Source: an uncultured delta proteobacterium
Lineage (GTDB): Bacteria; Myxococcota_A; Polyangia; Polyangiales; Polyangiaceae
Length of the DNA stretch: 64,000 nucleotides
NCBI GenBank assembly: GCA_963850305.1
Contig: CAWKKR010000008.1
Span: 256,001 to 320,000 of the forward strand
Reading direction: 5' to 3'
The position numbers and the translations under genes were made by a program. Shown piece after piece: positions 20,709-30,752 of the stretch; within the stretch, counting starts at the first letter, position 1, and the number at the start of each line of letters is the position of its first letter. The notes under the pieces were generated by a model. It saw only the letters and a program-made list of their open reading frames with translations. It searched no databases and was not told where the DNA came from.

Positions 20709-21527
20709 TCAGCCCGACGCGAGGGCGACTTCGGGGAGCACGAGCACGCCGGCGGAGCGCGAGTTACGCTCGCCCGCTTCGATGCGAACGCGAACGCTGT
20801 TGCGCTCCGGAGGCACGAGCGAGATCTCGCCCGGATTGTGCGCGGAATCGGGCGTGAGAGCGTGATTGAAGTCGAGGTACGTGACGCCGCCTTGGGGGAG
20901 CGGCGCGTACAGGTAACGCCCCACGATGGATGTCTGCTCGCCATTCGTCGTGTCACGGAACTGGACGAGGAGCCGTTTGGGTTCCTGGATGGGCTCGAGC
21001 GAATAGAAGACCCCTCCGATCTCGACGACGAGCACGTAGTCGACGACGACGCTCTCCTTGATGGATGAAACGGAATAGTCGAGTTCGCGCGTCCTCGGGT
21101 GCTCGAGGGGAACGGCGCGGGCTCGGAGGCGCAGCCGTTCGTCCACCGGAAACCAGCTCGCGCCGCGAAAGGTCTGGAGGAGGAGAGCTTGCGGGTCACA
21201 CGTACGAAGAACGAGCGTGTCGCCGCGGCGGGTGAGCTGATGACTGACGTGCCCTTGAAACAGCAGGTCCTCGTCCTGGTCCGGCCGGAGCTTGCGCTCA
21301 CGAACACGCGCCCCGCCGCAGGTCATCGATACGCCGTCGTGAATGACGACGTGTACGTCGTCGCTCTTCACCGTCACGGTTCCGAACGCGACGTCGTTGC
21401 GTCCCTCGACGAGAATCGTCGAGGAGGTCGTCGACAGGCAGCCGTCGCGACGAGCCAGCACCGCGTCGCGCCTCTCGCGGAACGTGCGCGTTTCGAGCTC
21501 GTAGTCGGCCGCGATCGTCTTCTTCAT
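20709..21527 (-). CDS. Divergent DUF1684 family protein
   Basis: FRDTTNG..T...GRYL, LDFN, PPERN...IEAGE motifs. Confidence 0.75.
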   Translation of the reverse strand: MKKTIAADYELETRTFRERRDAVLARRDGCLSTTSSTILVEGRNDVAFGTVTVKSDDVHVVIHDGVSMTCGGARVRERKLRPDQDEDLLFQGHVSHQLTRRGDTLVLRTCDPQALLLQTFRGASWFPVDERLRLRARAVPLEHPRTRELDYSVSSIKESVVVDYVLVVEIGGVFYSLEPIQEPKRLLVQFRDTTNGEQTSIVGRYLYAPLPQGGVTYLDFNHALTPDSAHNPGEISLVPPERNSVRVRIEAGERNSRSAGVLVLPEVALASG

Positions 21528-21564
21528 CGAGCTTCGATGACGTTCGGCGATCCGCGACCGCTGC

Positions 21565-22753
21565 TCAAGTCCATTCGGCGTCGCGATGAGCGAGCGCGTT
21601 CAGTCGTCGCGCGATTGCGACGGCCCGGAGCATCCGGACGTGCGCCCGGCCGTTGAACACGTGCGGCCCTCTGGCCAAATCCGCACCGACGAAATCGCTC
21701 GACCGAGATCTCGTCGAGACTGCCCGTCCCTGCCCCGTGAGTGTTGCGATACGCGCTCTTGAGCGACACCCACGAAAGTTTACTCTCGGTTTCGACTGCG
21801 AGGAGATCGAGTGTGCTTTGATTCCATGCGGCCAGGAGCGGCGGTTGCGGGAGAGCTTCGAGGAATCTTTTCCAGTCCTTGCGAAATGATTCCGGCAAAA
21901 CGGCGTGTTCGAAAGCTTCCGCGGGGAGCTGCATGTGGGCGAGGTGCGCTGCGGTCGGCGGGCCGGGTTCCGTCACGAGCAACCGCTCGAACGTCGCCGA
22001 GGTCGACGGCGCGACGGCCGCGAGCTGCACGAGGGAGCGCGCGCCTCGAGGATGCGGCCGCGCGAACTCGGCGTACACGACCACCAGGCGCTCGAAGTCC
22101 TCGACCAGCGCTCGCGGAATTTTTCGCCACGCGAGCGGCCGCTTCTCGCGCGCGCGCGGAGCACCCGTACCGCGGCGAATGAACACGAGCTGTGCATCGA
22201 TCATCTCGTCGAACGCTTCGAGGAGCGCGTCGAACCCGCGCGTCTCCGGCTCGAGCACGCGCAGCGCCTCGACGATTGCCTCGAGGGTCGATACGAACTC
22301 GCGGCGTGGCTCTCGTCGGATTCGATATCGACTCGGCGCTGACGGCGAGAGCCGGTATCGCGGCAGGGAGTGGAGCCAGGTCTTGTCGCGAAAGAGAGTG
22401 CGGGCGGTGTGCCAGGTCCCGTCGAGGACGACGAGATGCGCGGGGCGCTCGTTCTCGGAGAGCTCCGCGAGATCGCGTGCGTCGGGACTCGGGTACAGGA
22501 GCGCGGCGTTCTCCGGGACCCACGGCGGCCGCGACTCGTCGCGAGCGCCGGCGTCCCAGGCGACCTCCACGCGAACTCTGGCGAGACCGAGCTTCGCGAA
22601 GCGAGCGGTGCCGATCGGGTGCAAGCGCTCCCGCGGATGCTGCACGACGATGATGTTCGTCCGATTGTCGACCCGCGAGACGCGCGAACAGACGCAGAGC
22701 GTTTTCGGCTTGTGGCATTCGTAACAGACGGCGCGGTGCGCGAACTCGAGCAC
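21565..22753 (-). CDS. DTW-domain tRNA aminocarboxypropyltransferase (TapT/YfiP-like) with C-terminal extension; probable frameshift near 21692
   Basis: CYECHKP..LCVC, QHPRE..HPIGT, LLYP, LDGTW, STLEA. An alternate frame after 21692 gives ...GRAHVRMLRAVAIARRL, ending at TGA 21565. Confidence 0.85.
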
Positions 22754-22761
22754 GGCGCGTA

Positions 22762-23286
22762 CTATAGGCCGGACTCGTCGAGCGACCTTCGCGCCGGAGT
22801 CCGGCGAGGCTCGGGCGGCAAATCCGGGAAGACCGCGATCGAGCCGGGCGCGGGGGAGCGCACGGGTCCGGACGTCGAGGAGACAGGCGACACCGTCGAG
22901 GAGACGCTGCCCTCCGCCCGGGGCGGGTCGGGGCACCCGCGATTCAGGGGAGACGCGGGCCCGGGAACTTCCGGGCAAGCGTCGACCGAGTCGGCCACTC
23001 CATCTCCGTCGCGGTCGTTCGTTCCGAGCCCGTCATCGTAGTAACCGGGGGGTGGACAGCCGTTCTGGACGATGACGGGCGAGGGAATTCCCGGAAGCGT
23101 CGGACATGCATCGATGGGGTCGGGCACGCCATCGTGGTCGCTGTCGGCCGCGGGGACGACGGCCGGCGGAGCCGCCGCGACCCACGTGACCACGCGGGGT
23201 GTCGGGGGATTCGCGCACGCGGCGAGCACGACCGCCGCAAGTGCAGTCATGCCCATCGGAAAGCGGTGAGCGTCGAACCGGGGCAT
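22762..23286 (-). CDS. Lipoprotein with thrombospondin type-3-like Ca-binding repeats
   Basis: Lipobox VLAAC; DSDHDGVPDPIDACP and DRDGDGVADSVDACP. Confidence 0.75.
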   Translation of the reverse strand: MPRFDAHRFPMGMTALAAVVLAACANPPTPRVVTWVAAAPPAVVPAADSDHDGVPDPIDACPTLPGIPSPVIVQNGCPPPGYYDDGLGTNDRDGDGVADSVDACPEVPGPASPLNRGCPDPPRAEGSVSSTVSPVSSTSGPVRSPAPGSIAVFPDLPPEPRRTPARRSLDESGL

Positions 23287-23363
23287 GGAGCTTGTTCCAG
23301 AATATCCGACTCCGGCCGCCGCGAGAACACCCGCCTCGGGGCGAGCGCATGCTAGAAAGCGGC

Positions 23364-24065
23364 ATGCCGAAAGCGTTCGACACCTGGAACGTCCTTTCCC
23401 ACAGGCCCATCGAGAAGCTTTCGGAAAACGTCTGGCGCGTGGAGGGAGACCTGCCGCAGGGCAACGGAACGCGCGTCATGACCATCGCCAAGCTTTCCGA
23501 CGGTCGTCTGGTCATTCACAACGCGATCGCGCTCGAAGAGCCGCTCATGAAGGAAATCGAAGCGTTCGGGACGCCGTCCGCCATCGTCGTCCCGAACGGG
23601 TTTCACCGGCTGGACGCCAAGGTCTTCAAGGACCGGTACCCCCAGGCGAAGGTGTATTGCCCGGAAGCCGCGAAGAAGAAGGTGGGACAGATCGTCGGCG
23701 TGGACGGGAGTCTGGAGGAAGCACCGCACGACGACACCGTGAAGCTCTTCCACATCGAAGGGACGAAGCGGGGCGAAGGCGTGCTGGAAGTGAAGTCATC
23801 GGACGGAGTGACCGTCACGTTCAACGACGCCATCTGCAACCTGCCGCCGGTCGGGGGCGTGATGGGGTTCTTCCTGGCGCCAACCGGACGGGCGAGCGTG
23901 CCGCGGATGGCGCGCTGGCTCGTCGTGAAGGACAAGAGCTCCTTTCGCGACCATCTGACGAAAATCGCCGAGACGCCGGACCTCAAACGCGTCATCGTCG
24001 CACACGGCTCGCTGATCGAAAGCCAGGCGGCAGCGACGCTGAAGGCCGTCGCCGCCGAGGTTTGA
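23364..24065 (+). CDS. DUF4336 / metallo-beta-lactamase-fold protein
   Basis: RVMTIAKLSDGRLVIHN, VPNGFHRLD, FND, IVAHG. Confidence 0.75.
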   Translation: MPKAFDTWNVLSHRPIEKLSENVWRVEGDLPQGNGTRVMTIAKLSDGRLVIHNAIALEEPLMKEIEAFGTPSAIVVPNGFHRLDAKVFKDRYPQAKVYCPEAAKKKVGQIVGVDGSLEEAPHDDTVKLFHIEGTKRGEGVLEVKSSDGVTVTFNDAICNLPPVGGVMGFFLAPTGRASVPRMARWLVVKDKSSFRDHLTKIAETPDLKRVIVAHGSLIESQAAATLKAVAAEV

Positions 24066-24094
24066 CGGCCGAGTCCCCCGGACCGAGCTCGCGT

Positions 24095-25891
24095 ATGGCT
24101 CTCCCGATCGAAGACTACGCCCTCATCGGCGATTGCAAGACCGCGGCGCTCGTCGGAAAAAATGGCTCGATCGACTGGCTCGCGTTCCCGAACCTCGCGT
24201 CGGGCGCATGCTTCGCCGGGCTGCTCGGCACGGAAGAGCACGGCCGCTGGCTCGTCGCGCCGCGGGGGAGCCACGCGGTCCGAAGGAAATATCGCGGAGG
24301 CACGCTCGTGCTCGAAACGGAGTTCGAAACGACGACCGGCTGCGCTCGCGTCATCGACTTCATGCCCCTTCGCGACGACGGATCGTCGGTCGTTCGCATC
24401 GTCGACGGAATCGAAGGCGCCGTGGCGTTCGATTCGGATCTCGTCATCCGGTTCGACTACGGGTCGATCGTTCCCTGGGTACGCCGCACGGATACGGGCA
24501 TCCTCGCAGTCGCCGGTCCCGACGCGCTCACGCTCGACGCCGACGTTCCATGCCACGGCGAGAATCTGAGGACCCGGAGCCATTTCACCGTCCGCAAGGG
24601 CGAGCGCCACCATCTGGTGCTGAGCTGGCACCACTCGGCGGGCTCGCGGAGGCCGCCCTTCAATCCCGAGGTCGCACTTTCGGCGACCGAGCGACGGTGG
24701 CAAGAATGGTGTGACCGCTCGACCTACGCGGGCCCTTTTCGAGACGCGGTGATGCGCTCGCTGCTCACGCTCAAGGCGCTGACGTACGGACCCACCGGCG
24801 GCATCGTCGCAGCGCCGACGACGTCGCTTCCGGAACGGATCGGCGGCGACCGCAACTGGGACTATCGGTTCTGCTGGATCCGCGACGCGACGTTCGCGCT
24901 CTATGCCCTCCTCATCGGCGGGTACCGCGAGGAAGCGCGTGAATGGCGCAAGTGGCTTCTCCGCGCCGTCGCGGGCGTCCCGAGCAAAATGAAGATTCTC
25001 TACGGGCTCGAGGGCGACCGCCGACAGCCCGAGCTCGTCCTTCCCTGGCTACCCGGCTACGAAGGCTCGAAGCCGGTGCGGATCGGCAACAGCGCGTCGG
25101 ACCAGCACCAGCTCGACGTGTACGGCGAGGTGATGGACGCGATGCACGTCGCGCGCCGACACGGGCTCGAGCCGGACGCCGGCTCGTGGCGGGTCGAGCG
25201 CGTGCTCATGCGCTTCCTGGCGAATGATTGGATGAACCCGGACGACGGCATCTGGGAAGTCAGGGGGCCGCAGCGGCACTTCACGCATTCCAAGGTGATG
25301 GCGTGGGTCGCAGCCGACCGCGCGGTGAAGGCGGTGGAGCAGTTCGGACTTCCGGGCCCCGTCGACGAATGGCGAAGCCTACGGGCAGCGATCCATCAGG
25401 ACGTCTGCGAGCGGGGCTTCGATCCGGCAAGAAAGACCTTCGTGCAGTCCTACGGTTCCCCCCAACTGGACGCGAGCCTGCTCCTGATTCCGCTCGTCGG
25501 CTTCCTTCCCGCGAAGGACCCACGGGTGACGGGCACGGTGGAAGCCGTCATGACGGAGCTCGTGCGCGGTGGGCTAGTGAATCGCTACGCGACGGAGAGC
25601 GGCGTGGATGGTCTCGCGGCGGGCGAGGGCACCTTCCTCAGCTGCACGTTCTGGCTCGCCGATAATCTGGCGCTCCAGGGCCGCTGGGACGAAGCGACGG
25701 AAGTGTTCGAGCGGCTCCTCGCGCTGCGCAACGATGTCGGCCTTCTCTCGGAGGAGTACGACGTCGATCTGCAGCGCCTGGTCGGCAATTTCCCGCAGGC
25801 CTTCTCGCACGTCGCGCTCATCAACACGGCGAGCAACCTGGCGAAGCGAGGTGCCTCCGCGGAGGACCGCTCCATGCCTCGTCACACCTGA
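24095..25891 (+). CDS. Glycoside hydrolase family 15 (trehalase/glucoamylase-like)
   Basis: IEDYALIGDC, PTTSLPE, RNWDYRFCWIRD, QLDVYGE, GIWEVRG, GLLSEE, GNFPQAFSH. Confidence 0.95.
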   Translation: MALPIEDYALIGDCKTAALVGKNGSIDWLAFPNLASGACFAGLLGTEEHGRWLVAPRGSHAVRRKYRGGTLVLETEFETTTGCARVIDFMPLRDDGSSVVRIVDGIEGAVAFDSDLVIRFDYGSIVPWVRRTDTGILAVAGPDALTLDADVPCHGENLRTRSHFTVRKGERHHLVLSWHHSAGSRRPPFNPEVALSATERRWQEWCDRSTYAGPFRDAVMRSLLTLKALTYGPTGGIVAAPTTSLPERIGGDRNWDYRFCWIRDATFALYALLIGGYREEAREWRKWLLRAVAGVPSKMKILYGLEGDRRQPELVLPWLPGYEGSKPVRIGNSASDQHQLDVYGEVMDAMHVARRHGLEPDAGSWRVERVLMRFLANDWMNPDDGIWEVRGPQRHFTHSKVMAWVAADRAVKAVEQFGLPGPVDEWRSLRAAIHQDVCERGFDPARKTFVQSYGSPQLDASLLLIPLVGFLPAKDPRVTGTVEAVMTELVRGGLVNRYATESGVDGLAAGEGTFLSCTFWLADNLALQGRWDEATEVFERLLALRNDVGLLSEEYDVDLQRLVGNFPQAFSHVALINTASNLAKRGASAEDRSMPRHT

Positions 25892-25930
25892 GACGGCTCG
25901 CGCCGGCCGCGTCCACGACGCATCTCGAGC

Positions 25931-27696
25931 TCAGAGTATTTCGGACCACGGGGGCGACGCGGCAAACGCTGCGTGAATGAGCCCCACGTGCGAGTACGCT
26001 TGCGGGAAGTTGCCCCACATCCGGAGCGTCGCGGTCTCGTAGTCTTCCGACAGCAGGCCGAGCGGCGACATCGTCGCGTGAACGCGAGTCATGAGCTCGC
26101 GCGCCTCGGCCATTCGCCCGATCTTCGCGAGCGCTTCGATGAGCCAGAACGTGCAGATGATGAACGCGACGGCCGGCCTTCCGAAGCCATCGTCGAGCTC
26201 GTAGCGAAGTAGCCAACCGTCGCGGGACAGTCCCTTCCGGATGGCGTCGATGGTGCCGGCGAGCCGAGGATCATCGGGGGCAAGAAAGCGGAGGGGCGCC
26301 ATCTGCAACAGCGAAGCATCCAGATCGCTCCCCGATGCGTCCCGGCGAATCCCCCGAGCTCCGGTTGCCAGGCTTCCCGCACGAGGGTGTCCCGGATCCG
26401 CTCCGCGGCGCTGCGAAACTCCGCTTCTCGACCGGGGGCGTGTCCGGCTGCGACGGAAGCCATGCGGTCCGCCGCCGCCCAGCACATCAGCGTCGAGAAC
26501 GTCTGGGGCTTCCACTCCGTGCGATACTCCCAGATCCCGGCGTCCGGCGTCCCCGCGACGACCAGCGCGCGACGCGTGAGACGCTCGAGCAGATCCATCA
26601 CCGCCGGACTTCGCTCGGCCGCAAAACGCGCGTCCATGAAGATCGGCGCGAGCGCGAGCACCATCTCTCCGAACATGTCGTGCTGCGCGTGCTTGGCCGC
26701 GCCATTCCCGACGCGCACGGGACCGTGCCCACCGAATCCCGGCCAGCTATCGAGCACCGCCTCGTCGAGATCCGACGTTCCGTCGACGCGGTAGAGCGGT
26801 GCGAGGTCCAGATCCGGCGCGCCTCCCGCGATGTTCAGCAAATACTGGACGAAGCTCTCGCGCTCTTCGAAATGTCCGAGCAGCCGAAACGCGCCGAGCG
26901 CGTAATAGGCGTCCCGGAGCCAGCAGTAGCGATAATCCCAGTTCCGGCCGCTGTCCGGAGCTTCCGGCACCGAAGTCGTCATCGCCGCGACGATCGCGCC
27001 CGTGTCCTCGTAGCAGTGAAGCTTCAATGCAAGCGCCGAACGGATCACCTCTCCCTGGTAGAGCGGAGGAATGTTGCAGTGCTTCACCCAGCCCTGCCAA
27101 TAGCGCAGCGTCTCTCCGAGAAAGCGATCGGCAAGCGGCGACAGCGCCTCCTGGATCGGCGCGCCCCATGTCAACCCGAGGTGCCGCTTGCTCGTCAGGA
27201 CGAACGGCTGCCCCTCGAGATACGCGAGAGGAATGTCCGTCGTGAGCCGGAGCTGACTGCCGAAGCCCTCGAAGCGAATGTGATTGGAACCGTGGAACCT
27301 GTCGGGGCGCCCTTTCGACCAGCCGAGCCGGGGCTCGCACCGCACGCGAATTCGCGGCGTGCCCTCGATCGGCTCGATGATGCGATACAGCTCCGTCGGC
27401 CGGAAGATCCTCGCATGCTGCAGAAAACGCGGCGCGAAGTCGACGATGCGAAAGGCGCCATCCTTCGTCCGAAATGTCGTCTCGAGCACGTTCGTGTTGT
27501 CGACGTACGTTTGAGCGCCCGGACTGCCATCCGCCGGCTCGACGGTGAAGTGTCCGCCGTCCGACTGATCGAGCAAGGACGCAAACACGGGCGCCGAGTC
27601 GAAGCGAGGCAAACAGCACCAGACCATCGCGCCGGTGTTCTCGATCAGCGCAGCGATCTGGCAGTTGCCAATCAGTCCGAGATTTTCGAGTCGCAT
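25931..27696 (-). CDS. Second GH15 hydrolase; frameshift near 26335
   Basis: GLIGNCQ, TTSVPE, RNWDYRYCWLRD, GIWEYR in one frame; LDASLL, GLLSED, GNFPQAYSH in the next. Break at a G-run. Confidence 0.92.
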
Positions 27697-27757
27697 ACTT
27701 CTTTACTTAGGGACTTTTCGTTTGCCGGGAAACGAGTTTCTGCTTCATTGAAAAAAC

Positions 27758-29996
27758 ATGCGTCCTGCGATCCGGTTTGCCGTCGTGCTCGTACTCGGAC
27801 TTGCATTCGTCGCGGCGGTCGCGTCGGTGGTGTTCAACCGGATCGCGCGAACCTGGTTCGAAAACGACGTGCGCGTGCACTCCGAGCTCGCGGTGAGCGG
27901 CGCGCACGAGCTGCTCGTCGAACGGTGGAGCGGGGGCGAAAGAGCCCTGTACGGCGTTCTATCGCGGATGACGCGCGCGGAGCGAATTCTGTCCGCCGCC
28001 GCCTGCACCGCGTCCTCCGAACCGGTGACGTACGCCAGCGACTACCCCGAGGAACTCGGCATGCTCGAAGATCGGCCCCAACCTGCGGGCACCCGATGGC
28101 AAGCTCCAGACCTGGTCTTCCGTGAAGCGCCTGTCCGGCGGAGAGGTGTACGTCACGGCGGTCCCGGTCATCGATCGCGGCACCACCCTGGGCTTCGTGG
28201 TCCTGGTGCACGACCTGAGCTTCATCGCCCGCCGCGAGGCACGCACGCGGGAGTTCTTGTTCATCATGTTCGGATTTCTGGCGCTCGCGGCCTCGGCGGT
28301 GACGCTCGTCGCCGCGCGGCTCGCGATGAGGAGCTGGAGCAACAATCTGCGGAAGTTGATCCGCGGGGAACCGGAATCGGGTTTCCAGCCGATTCTCGGG
28401 GATGTCCGGGAGCTCGTCGACAAGATGCTCGCGGACGGGAAGGAATCGGATGGCGGGGGTGGCGCGTGGACTCCGGAGCGTCTCAAGCAGACACTGAATC
28501 ACTTTCTGAGAGGCGAGAAGGTTGTCATCATCGCGAATCGCGAACCATACGTTCACGAGTACGGCAAGGACGGTAAGATCGCCGTCGTTCATCCGGCGAG
28601 CGGACTCGTCACCGCGCTCGAGCCCGTCATGCGCGCGTGCTCGGGCGTCTGGATCGCCCACGGCGGGGGCTCTGCCGATCGGGAAACCGTCGATCGCCAC
28701 GGCCGCGTCCGGGTGCCGCCGGACGAAGAGTGTTACGTCATCCGTCGCGTCTGGCTTTCGAAGCAGCAGGAGGAGGGGTACTACTACGGCTTCTCCAACG
28801 AAGGGCTCTGGCCCCTCTGTCACAACGCGCACGCCCGGCCGATCTTCCGCGCGGACGATTGGGAGCAATACAAGATCGTCAACGGCAAGTTCGTCGACGC
28901 GCTCCTGACGGAGGTCGACACCGACGACCCGATCGTGCTCGTGCAGGACTACCACTTCGCGCTCGTTCCCCGCCTGATTCGCGAGCGGCTCCCGCGGGCC
29001 ACGATCATCATGTTCTGGCACATTCCGTGGCCGAACTCCGAACGCCTCGGCATCTGTCCATGGGGTTACGAGCTCCTCGAGGGCATGCTCGGGGCGAGCA
29101 TCGTTGGCTTTCACACGCGCTCGGATTGCAACAACTTCATGGACTGCGTCGATCGCTTCCTCGAGGCGCGCATCGATCGCGTCGAGAATGCCGTCGTGCA
29201 GCAGGGCCGGAGCACACTCGTACGGCCGTATCCCATCTCGGTCGAATGGCCCGTTCGCTGGCTGGACACGCTGCCTTCTCCAGCAGAGTGTCGAGCCGGC
29301 GTGATCGCCGAGCTTGGGCTCCCGGAAGACGCTCTGATTTCAGTCGGCGTCGACCGGCTCGACTACACGAAGGGTGTCGAGGAGCGGATGCTCGCCGTCG
29401 AGCACTTGCTCGAACGATACCCGCTCTACCGCGGCCGGTTCACGTTCATCCAGCTCGCGGCGCCGAGCCGCACGATCATCGAACGGTACCGCGAGCTTCA
29501 CGAGAGGATCGAGGAAGTCGCCGCTCGTATCAACGAGCGATTCTCAGCCGGGAACTACCGCCCCGTGGTGCTGCTCCTCGCCCACCACCAGCCGCCGGCG
29601 GTGTTCCGGTTCTATCGGGCGGCGGATGTGTGTTACGTGAGTAGCCTCCACGACGGCATGAACCTCGTCGCAAAAGAATTCGTGGCCGCACGCGACGACG
29701 AGCGCGGCGTGCTGGTCCTCAGTCAGTTCACCGGAGCCGCGCGCGAGCTCACCGAGGCGCTCATCGTCAATCCGTACGACCTCGAGGAGGCAAGCTCCGC
29801 GCTCGCAGCCGCGCTCGCCATGTCTCCGGAAGAACAACGCGACCGCATGCGGGCGATGCGGGCGTACGTGGCCGAATTCAACGTCTACCGCTGGGCGGGC
29901 AACATGCTCGTCGACGCGGCCCGGCTGCGGAAGCGGGATCGCATCACGTGGCGGATTCATCATCACCTCGCGACCGCGGCCGTCCTCAGACCGTGA
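27758..29996 (+). CDS. otsA: Trehalose-6-phosphate synthase with N-terminal TM-extracytoplasmic-TM region; +1 frameshift near 28058
   Basis: ANREPY, SGLVTAL, YYYGFSNEGLWPLCH, VQDYH, HIPWP, GVDRLDYTKG, DGMNLVAKE. The N-terminal ORF rejoins after removing one base (YPEELACSKIG). Confidence 0.92.
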
Positions 29997-30739
29997 AATA
30001 CCTCTTCTCACCCGCCGGGTGGCAAGCTTTGACGCATTTCGCCGCCACGAACCTGCTCGTCGCGTTCGACTTCGATGGCACGTTGTCGCCCATCGTTCGC
30101 GACCCGGGACGTGCGGGGATGCGTGCCGGGACGCGCACGCTCCTCGCCGAGCTCTGCGCACGCTATCCCTGCGCGATCATCTCCGGACGGGCCAGCGCCG
30201 ACGTCCGCGCACTACTCGGCGGCGCCCGCGTGCACACGGTCGTCGGCAATCATGGCGCGGAGCTCTTCGATCCTGCGCCGACGTCCAGGAAGGTGAAGGC
30301 GTGGCACGCGCGCCTCGGCCGACAGCTGAAGTCCGTGACGGGCGTGAAGGTCGAAGACAAGCGCCTGTCGCTGTCGATTCATTACCGGGCGGCGCCCGAC
30401 AAGAAGGTCGCCCGCGCCGCGATTGGGACCGCGCTGGACACGCTCGAGCGGGCGATCGTCATTCCGGGCAAGCAGGTCGTGAACGTGCTTCCACCGGGGT
30501 CGCGCCGAAAAGGGGACGCGCTCTCGGCGCTGCTCGAGCGCGACGGCTACGGCGCGGCCGTCTACGTCGGCGACGACGAGACGGACGAAGACGTGTTCCG
30601 CGACGCCGACACCCGGCGCCTCCTCGGCATCCACGTGGGGACGAAGCGCACTACCGCGGCAGAATATTACCTTCGCAGCCAAACCGAGGTGGACCGTCTC
30701 CTCCGCGCGCTCGTTTCCCGTCGTGAGCGTCCGGGATAA
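29993..30739 (+). CDS. otsB: Trehalose-6-phosphate phosphatase (HAD)
   Basis: FDFDGTL, ISGR, GNHGAE, HYR, YVGDDETDED; GTGA overlap with the otsA stop. Confidence 0.93.
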   Translation: MKYLFSPAGWQALTHFAATNLLVAFDFDGTLSPIVRDPGRAGMRAGTRTLLAELCARYPCAIISGRASADVRALLGGARVHTVVGNHGAELFDPAPTSRKVKAWHARLGRQLKSVTGVKVEDKRLSLSIHYRAAPDKKVARAAIGTALDTLERAIVIPGKQVVNVLPPGSRRKGDALSALLERDGYGAAVYVGDDETDEDVFRDADTRRLLGIHVGTKRTTAAEYYLRSQTEVDRLLRALVSRRERPG

Positions 30740-30752
30740 CCTCCGTTCGCAA

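Noticed and set aside
23285..25891. Apparent 868-aa GH15 with a long N-terminal extension
   Set aside because: The extension is an off-frame read through the DUF4336-like gene; the real start is MALPIEDY at 24095.
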